DNA of 64,000 bases, taken from positions 573 to 64,572 of the forward strand of contig CAYUAO010000002.1 of the NCBI GenBank assembly GCA_964442775.1. Reading direction: 5' to 3'. Every line of letters starts with the position of its first letter. Positions within the stretch are counted from its first letter, which is position 1. A model generated the notes under the pieces. That model ran no database searches. It was given only the letters and a program-made list of their open reading frames with translations, and was not told where the DNA came from. A program made the translations under genes and the position numbers. This DNA comes from an uncultured Halothiobacillus sp. (lineage in GTDB: Bacteria > Pseudomonadota > Gammaproteobacteria > Halothiobacillales > Halothiobacillaceae). This document shows positions 54,584-64,000 of the stretch, piece by piece.

Positions 54584-55066
54584 TCAGGCATAGGGATCGG
54601 GGTGACCCAACGAGGCAAGCGCACGGATTTCGATCGATTCCATCCGGTCGGCCTCCTCGTCGGTGAGGTGATCATAGCCCAACAGGTGCAAAATCCCATG
54701 CACCACCATGTGGGCATGGTGGGCGCGCCGGCTCTTGTCCTGCTCGGCGGCCTCGGCCTCGACCACCGCGGGACAGATGACCAGGTCGCCCAGGTACGCC
54801 GGTAACCCGGGCTCCACCGGTTGCGGCAGACCGGGTTCGACGCTCGCCGGGAACGACAGCACATTGGTGGGCCTGTCCTTGCCGCGGAACTGCGCGTTGA
54901 GATCGCGGCTCTCTTCGGGCTCGACATAACGGACGGTGACCTCTACGCCATCGGCGGCACCCACGCCCGCGCCACCGAGGCAGGCCTCGATCCAGTCGGC
55001 CAGCGAGGCGCGCGACGGACAGCGACGCGACGTCGCCCGCTGACGATCCACGATCGCGCGGGTCAT
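54584..55066 (-). CDS. ybeY: Endoribonuclease YbeY, rRNA maturation factor (160 aa)
   Basis: The zinc motif HMVVHGILHLLGYDH, plus the phoH-ybeY-corC order. Confidence 0.94.
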   Translation of the reverse strand: MTRAIVDRQRATSRRCPSRASLADWIEACLGGAGVGAADGVEVTVRYVEPEESRDLNAQFRGKDRPTNVLSFPASVEPGLPQPVEPGLPAYLGDLVICPAVVEAEAAEQDKSRRAHHAHMVVHGILHLLGYDHLTDEEADRMESIEIRALASLGHPDPYA

Positions 55067-56031
55067 GCGCTGCCGCCACCCCGCGCCTCGTAGGCGTCGA
55101 TGATTCGCTTGACCAGCGGATGACGCACCACGTCACGGCTCTGGAAGAAGCTGAACTTCACGCCCTCCACCTCGCTGAGCATGTCGATGGCATGTCGCAG
55201 GCCTGAGGTCACCCCCTTGGGCAGGTCGACCTGGGTGATGTCGCCCGTGACCACCGCCGAGGTGCCGAAGCCGATCCGGGTCAGGAACATCTTCATCTGC
55301 TCGATGCTGGTGTTCTGCGCCTCGTCGAGGATGACGAACGACTCGTTGAGCGTGCGCCCGCGCATGAACGCCAGCGGCGCGACCTCGATAACATTGCGCT
55401 CGATCAGGCGGTTGACCTTGTCGAAGCCCATCATCTCGTAGAGGGCGTCGTACATCGGTCGCAGGTACGGATCGATCTTCTGCGCGAGATCGCCGGGGAG
55501 AAAGCCGAGCTTCTCGCCCGCCTCGACCGCCGGGCGGACCAGCACGATGCGCTGGACGGCACCGCGTTCGAAGGCGTCGATGGCACTCGCGACCGCCAGA
55601 TATGTCTTGCCCGTCCCGGCCGGGCCGATGCCGAAGTTCAGATCCGATTCGCGGATCGCCTTGAGATACTGGATCTGGCGGTTGCCCCGGCCGCGAACGA
55701 TACCTCGCAACGTCTTGATCATTACCTCGTCGCCCGGCGGCGGGGGCGCATCCTCCATGCCGGCCTGCTGCATGCCCAGGTTGACGCGCTCGGGATCGAT
55801 CACCTGGTTTTCGCTGAGCTTGTAGAGGTCGGCCAGCAGGGTCTCGACCTGGTCGGCGACCACGCCCGGGCCGACCACGGCGAACAGGTTGCCCCGGTGG
55901 TTGATCTCCACGCCGAGACGGCGCTCGATCATGCGCAGGTGCTCGTCGAAGGTTCCCGCGAGGTTCGCCAGCCGTTCGTTGTCGGCGGGCTCCAGGGCGA
56001 ATTCGAGGCGTTCGGCTTGTGTTTCGGTCAT
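55063..56031 (-). CDS. ybeZ: PhoH-like ATPase YbeZ (322 aa)
   Basis: The P-loop GIGPAGTGKTYLAV and FVILDEAQNTS. Its stop overlaps the ybeY start by 4 nt. Confidence 0.93.
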   Translation of the reverse strand: MTETQAERLEFALEPADNERLANLAGTFDEHLRMIERRLGVEINHRGNLFAVVGPGVVADQVETLLADLYKLSENQVIDPERVNLGMQQAGMEDAPPPPGDEVMIKTLRGIVRGRGNRQIQYLKAIRESDLNFGIGPAGTGKTYLAVASAIDAFERGAVQRIVLVRPAVEAGEKLGFLPGDLAQKIDPYLRPMYDALYEMMGFDKVNRLIERNVIEVAPLAFMRGRTLNESFVILDEAQNTSIEQMKMFLTRIGFGTSAVVTGDITQVDLPKGVTSGLRHAIDMLSEVEGVKFSFFQSRDVVRHPLVKRIIDAYEARGGGSA

Positions 56032-56176
56032 TTGAGGACCTCGTCAAAGCGTCGCGAGCGGCTCGAGTGCAAGGAGCCGCGCAGTGAGCGACGAGACATA
56101 TCGACTAGACAGGTGAGGAGCGAACGGGCACGTGACGCCGCAATCGAGCCGCGCAGCAGCTTTGTCGGGGTCCTCA

Positions 56177-57598
56177 TCAGGCTGCCACCAGGTTGCGTGC
56201 CTTGGCCCGCTCGCGGTCGCTCGGGTGGATGTCGACGAACTCCCCGCGCAGGGAGTTGGGATTGACCTGCGTGATCTCCAGGTCGACGAACAGGCCGACG
56301 AGGCCCGGCCGGCCGCGGAAGATCACGCTGCGGTTGTTCTCGGTCTTGCCCATCAGCTCGTTGGGGTCCTTCTTCGACGGCCCCTGCACCAGCACGGTCT
56401 GCGTGGTCCCGAGCATCGACCGGGAGATCTCCTGCTCGAACTCGGTGATACGCGACTGCAGACGCTTGAGGCGGGCCTTCTTGATGTCCTCGGGCTGATC
56501 ATCCGGCAGGTTGGAGGCCGGCGTGCCCGGGCGCGCGCTGTAGATGAAGGAAAACGAGTGGTCGAAGCCGATGTCCTCGATCAGCTTCATGGTCCGCTCG
56601 AAGTCGTCGTTCGTCTCGCCGGGAAAGCCCACGATGAAGTCGGACGAGATCGAGATGCCCGGGCGCGCCTCGCGCAGCTTGCGGATCTTCGACTTGTACT
56701 CCATCGCGGTGTGGCCGCGCTTCATCAGCGCGAGCACCCGGTCGGAACCCGACTGCACCGGCAGGTGCAGGAAGCTCGCCAGCTCCGGGACGTTGCGGTA
56801 GGCCTCGATCAGGCGGTCGGTGAATTCCACCGGGTGCGAGGTGGTGAACCGGATGCGGTCGATGCCGTCGATCTGGGCGACGACTTCGATCAGCAGCGCC
56901 AGATCGGCGATCTGGCCGTCGTGCATCGGCCCCTGGTAGGCGTTGACGTTCTGCCCCAGCAGGTTCACCTCGCGCACGCCCTGCTCGGCCAGGTCCGCCA
57001 CCTCGGCGACCACGTCGTCGAAGGGTCGCGAGATTTCCTCGCCGCGGGTGTAGGGCACCACGCAGAAGGTGCAATACTTCGAGCAGCCCTCCATGATCGA
57101 GACGAACGCCACCGGGCCGTCCGCGCGCGGGTCGGGCAGGTTGTCGAACTTCTCGATTTCCGGGAAGGAGATGTCGACCACCGGCTTCCGCTCGGCCTCG
57201 ACCACCGCGACCATCTCCGGCAGTCGGTGCAGCGTCTGCGGGCCGAAGACGATGTCGACGAACGGAGCGCGCTCGCGGATCGCCTCGCCTTCCTGGCTGG
57301 CCACGCAGCCGCCCACACCGATCACGAGATCCGGGTTCTTCTCCTTGAGCGGACGCCACTGTCCCAGTTGCGAGAACACCTTCTCCTGAGCCTTCTCGCG
57401 GATCGAGCAGGTGTTGAGCAGGATCACGTCGGCGTCGGCCGGGTCGCTGACCGGGTGGAAGCCACTCGAGACACCGAGCACGTCGGCCATCTTGGCCGAG
57501 TCGTACTCGTTCATCTGGCAGCCCCAGGTCTTGATGTAGAGCCGCTTGCCGGCCCCGTCGGTGGGCACGGATGTCATGTCGGTGGCTGTCGTCGTCAC
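56177..57598 (-). CDS. miaB: tRNA-2-methylthio-N6-dimethylallyladenosine synthase (radical SAM methylthiotransferase)
   Basis: [15 protein letters not shown], the radical SAM motif [12 protein letters not shown], and a TRAM domain at the C-terminus. I chose GTG 57598, which is preceded by GAGGA; ATG 57577 is an alternative. The track start at 57682 looks too long. Confidence 0.93.
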   Translation of the reverse strand: MTTTATDMTSVPTDGAGKRLYIKTWGCQMNEYDSAKMADVLGVSSGFHPVSDPADADVILLNTCSIREKAQEKVFSQLGQWRPLKEKNPDLVIGVGGCVASQEGEAIRERAPFVDIVFGPQTLHRLPEMVAVVEAERKPVVDISFPEIEKFDNLPDPRADGPVAFVSIMEGCSKYCTFCVVPYTRGEEISRPFDDVVAEVADLAEQGVREVNLLGQNVNAYQGPMHDGQIADLALLIEVVAQIDGIDRIRFTTSHPVEFTDRLIEAYRNVPELASFLHLPVQSGSDRVLALMKRGHTAMEYKSKIRKLREARPGISISSDFIVGFPGETNDDFERTMKLIEDIGFDHSFSFIYSARPGTPASNLPDDQPEDIKKARLKRLQSRITEFEQEISRSMLGTTQTVLVQGPSKKDPNELMGKTENNRSVIFRGRPGLVGLFVDLEITQVNPNSLRGEFVDIHPSDRERAKARNLVAA

Positions 57599-57854
57599 GT
57601 GAACGAATTCCTCGTCATATCCGGCTATCGAAAAAGGGGAGGAAAGATAGCAGAAAACGCGGGCAAATCGAAGCGGAGACAAGGACTTGAGCCACCCGCT
57701 CGGACTCGCTCCGGGCCCGATCCCCGAGCCGTGCCGTCGGACTTGAAAAAACCGTACCGGTTTAGTACTTTTATAGCAGTTACCCGGCGCCGGCGTGCCT
57801 CTCCATCGATGGCGGCGGAACCGGGATTCCCGACCGCCACCCGCGGAGGCAGTG

Positions 57855-58373
57855 ATGTTGAAGATCAGCCGACTCAGCGATTACGCGATCGTGCTCCTGA
57901 CCGCGCTGGCCGGCGATCCGCGCGAGAAACCCGGCGACCAGCGGGCGAATGCCCGTGCGCTGGCGGAGCGTACCGGTATCAACATGCCCACGGTGGGCAA
58001 GCTCTTGAAGCTGCTCAACGGCGAGGGCATCGTCCAGTCGCGCCAGGGGCGCAGCGGCGGTTACTTCCTCGCCCGTCCGGCGGCGGAGATCACGCTCGCG
58101 GAGATCATCGAAGCCATCGACGGCCCGATCGCGATGACCGACTGTTTCCGTCCGGACCACGACTGCGCGATGAAGGGCGACTGCGCCGTGCGCCCCCACT
58201 GGGCGGCGATCAACCGGGGCGTGCATGCCCTGCTCGACGCCACCACGCTGGCCGACATGACCCGTTCCGTCGACGACGAGCCGATCCCGGACCGGGTGCC
58301 GGTGTGGTACGAACGCTCGCGCGGCGGCGAGCTGATGGACGCCGGCGACGGCTCGCGCAGCGGCGCCTCCTAG
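57855..58373 (+). CDS. Rrf2-family regulator of the SUF operon (gammaproteobacterial SUF regulator type, 172 aa)
   Basis: [19 protein letters not shown]...[40 protein letters not shown], plus the Cys cluster [22 protein letters not shown] 57855 is preceded by GGAGG. It lies directly upstream of sufB. Confidence 0.85.
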   Translation: MLKISRLSDYAIVLLTALAGDPREKPGDQRANARALAERTGINMPTVGKLLKLLNGEGIVQSRQGRSGGYFLARPAAEITLAEIIEAIDGPIAMTDCFRPDHDCAMKGDCAVRPHWAAINRGVHALLDATTLADMTRSVDDEPIPDRVPVWYERSRGGELMDAGDGSRSGAS

Positions 58374-58448
58374 AACGGATTTTGCACTCGAACAGCGCCG
58401 AGCCGGCAAGACCGGCCGGCAACCAGCCTTCGACCAGGTGACAACGAC

Positions 58449-59921
<1,473 letters not shown>

Positions 59922-59982
59922 TCCGCGGAAAACCACGAATTATCCATTGGTTACCCGAACAATTTATCGAGGCATCTGAAAC

Positions 59983-60734
<752 letters not shown>

Positions 60735-60738
<4 letters not shown>

Positions 60739-62029
60739 TGCGCCAAGGGCTTCCCGACTGGCTGAAGACGGCCATGCCGGAAACGGCGGCCGCCCCGGAA
60801 GGCATCGCACGCGGCGCCCGCGAGCAGATCGAAGCGCTCGGCCTGCCCGGTCGGCGTGACGAGGAATGGCGCTGGACCAACCTGCGCGCGATTCAACGTG
60901 GCCAATTCAACATCCCGGCAGGTGTGGGCGCGGACATCGAACCGGCCATCCGCCTGCCGCTCGACCACCCGCTGCGCCTGCGCTTTATCGACGGCGTGTT
61001 CCAGGGCGTGCCGGACGACGCCCCCGAGGGCCTGACCCTGACCGCCCTGGCCGACGCCGACGAGGCCACTCGCCAGGCGGCGTTCTCGCCCAAGCCGGCG
61101 CCGAGCGTCGACAACCCAAATGATGCTTTGGTGACGCTGAACACGGCGATGGCAAGCGAAGGCGTGGTGATCGACGTCGCGGCCAACGCCATCATCGAGC
61201 GCCCGATCGTGATCGAGTGGCTCGACGGGGCCACCGAGTCGGTGATGAGCCACCCGCGCGTACTGGTCCGCTTGGGGCAAGGCGCTGCCGCCACGGTCAT
61301 CGAGCACATCGAGACCGTCGGCGAACAGCCGGCCTGGCGCAACAGCGTGATCGTCTCGACGATCGGCGCCAACGCCGCCCTCACCCACATCGCCCTGGGT
61401 CTCGACGGCGCCTCGCGCCTGGCGACCGAACGCAGCTTCGCCTCGCTCGAGCGCGACGCTCGCTACCACAGCTACAACGTGCAGCTCGGCGGGCAGATGA
61501 TCCGCCGCGAGTACGACGTCCACGTCGGCGGTTCGGGCGCGCACACCGACCTGATCGGGCTGATGATGCCCCGCGGCAGGCAGGTGCTGGATACCCACAC
61601 CCGCATCACGCACGCGGCCGCCGACACCACCAGCAACGAGCACTACCGCACCATCGCCGACGACGCCGGCCGCGGCATCTTCAAGGGCCGCATCCTGATC
61701 GAACAGGACGCCCAGCGGATCGAGGCCTACCAGTCGAGCAACAACCTGATCCTGTCGGACAACGCCGAGATCGACGCCAAGCCCGAACTGGAGATCTACG
61801 CCGACGACGTCAGTTGCTCGCACGGCGCGACCATCGGCCGACTCGACGAGGAGGCCCTGTTCTACCTGCGCACGCGTGGCGTACCGCTGGCGGAGGCACG
61901 CGGGCTGCTGATCGCCGGCTTCGCCCAGGAGGTGATCGACGAGATCCCGCTGGTCGAGCTGCGTGACTGGCTGACTGTCCGCCTCGAGACCCGCCTCGGC
62001 GAGCAGGATCTCACCGGCACCGAGAACGC

Positions 62030-62033
<4 letters not shown>
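60735..62033 (+). CDS. sufD: Fe-S cluster assembly protein SufD (432 aa)
   Basis: A beta-helix SufB/D family C-terminus (LELEIYADDVSCSHGATIGRLDEEALFYLRTRG). It overlaps the sufC stop and the sufS start by 4 nt each. Confidence 0.93.
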
Positions 62034-63274
<1,241 letters not shown>

Positions 63275-63303
63275 CCAAGCCTGGAGAACGTACCGTGGAA
63301 CCG

Positions 63304-63840
63304 ATGGAACGCATTCGCCTTGCCCGAGACGTGGTCTGCACCATGGTGCCGTCGGGGCAGAAGGTGCTCGCCTCCAAGGACACGCCCGTCGAACTGATGC
63401 AGGCCCTGGGCGGCAGCTTCACCATCAAGGCACGCGGCCACCTGCTCCGCGTCGAGGGCAAGGACGCCGACGCGCTCGGCAAGGAGCCGCCCCCGCAACC
63501 CGAGTTGCCGGAGAACGCCTCCGACAAGGAGGTCGAGGAAATGGTCTGGGAACAGCTGCGCGGCGTGTTCGATCCGGAGATCCCGATCAACATCGTCGAC
63601 CTGGGACTGGTCTACAAGGTCAACGTCGAATCGCTGCCGGTCTCCGGGCGTCGGGTCGAGGTCGACATGACCCTGACGGCGCCGGGCTGCGGCATGGGCG
63701 GCGTGATCGCCTCGGACGCGCACCAGCGGATCATGGAGATCCCCACCGTCGAGGAGGCCGCGGTCGAACTGGTCTTCGACCCGCCCTGGAGCCGCGAGAT
63801 GATGTCCGACGAGGCGAAACTCGCCACGGGCATGTTCTAG
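63304..63840 (+). CDS. sufT: SUF-associated Fe-S assembly protein, long SufT type (DUF59/MIP18 domain with an N-terminal extension), 178 aa
   Basis: A C-terminal DUF59 core (VFDPEIPINIVDLGLVY...MTLTAPGCGMG). An in-frame GTG at 63295, with GGAGA 7 nt upstream, is an alternative start. Confidence 0.8.
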   Translation: MERIRLARDVVCTMVPSGQKVLASKDTPVELMQALGGSFTIKARGHLLRVEGKDADALGKEPPPQPELPENASDKEVEEMVWEQLRGVFDPEIPINIVDLGLVYKVNVESLPVSGRRVEVDMTLTAPGCGMGGVIASDAHQRIMEIPTVEEAAVELVFDPPWSREMMSDEAKLATGMF

Positions 63841-63891
63841 CGGCGCGGAACGAATAGAATTTTGACAAATCAAACTCTTGAGAAACCAATC

Positions 63892-64000
63892 GTGAGCGAA
63901 TCACTCGACGACAACTGGATCCGGGTCTGCGAGCAGCGCGAACTCGCCCCGGGTGAGCGCCGCGTGGTGGAAGGGCCGGATGTCGACATCCTCGTGGTCA
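63892..64000 (+). CDS. Probable Rieske [2Fe-2S] ferredoxin-like protein, 3'-truncated by the window edge
   Basis: A GTG at 63892 opens VSESLDDNWIRVCEQRELAPGERRVVEGPDVDILVV, the typical N-terminus of the small Rieske proteins found at the end of suf operons. Only 36 codons are visible. Confidence 0.45.
   Translation, partial: MSESLDDNWIRVCEQRELAPGERRVVEGPDVDILVV

Overview
This window looks like a high-GC gammaproteobacterial chromosome segment that is almost entirely coding. I found no rRNA, CRISPR array, transposase, integrase or phage genes. Most of it is conserved housekeeping blocks, called from translated motifs and from Pseudomonas/Xanthomonas-like gene order. In order: carB (3' part)-greA; serS with a translationally coupled carrier protein; ferredoxin-coaD; a TauE/SafE permease; the pyruvate dehydrogenase genes aceE-aceF-lpdA on the minus strand; and argG. 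Then come two tandem periplasmic-sensor PAS-GGDEF-EAL genes; gloA; gap-arsJ; a GH100-like hydrolase with a sucrose-phosphatase-like HAD protein; a LysR regulator; and DUF2237. These are followed by leuC-leuD-leuB-asd-fimV; tRNA-Leu; and TPR-lolB-ispE-tRNA-Gln-prs-rplY-pth-ychF-tRNA-Met. The window ends with lnt-corC-ybeY-phoH-miaB on the minus strand and an Rrf2-regulated sufBCDS-sufT-Rieske operon. The clearly accessory part is about 42.6-52.0 kb, wedged between tRNA-Met and lnt. It holds a membrane cNMP-binding protein and a tightly packed same-strand cluster. That cluster encodes a CheY-like regulator, an outer-membrane beta-barrel, a small periplasmic-binding-like protein, a hybrid histidine kinase with two receiver domains, and a previously untracked 45-codon ORF. 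It continues with a tandem-DHp/receiver/class III adenylate cyclase, a PAS-GGDEF diguanylate cyclase and an MBL-fold class II-like cyclic-nucleotide phosphodiesterase. I consider this dual second-messenger (cAMP plus c-di-GMP) phosphorelay module the best candidate for an undescribed system. Other items worth a second look are a 343-bp element with perfect 25-bp terminal inverted repeats between greA and serS (plus a partial third copy of the repeat at 23.3 kb), the serS-carrier protein coupling, an AT-rich 525-bp spacer with DnaA-box-like motifs upstream of gap-arsJ, and the gap-arsJ pair, which has no other ars genes in the window. All functional calls rest on reading the translations and motifs by eye. 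No database search was run.
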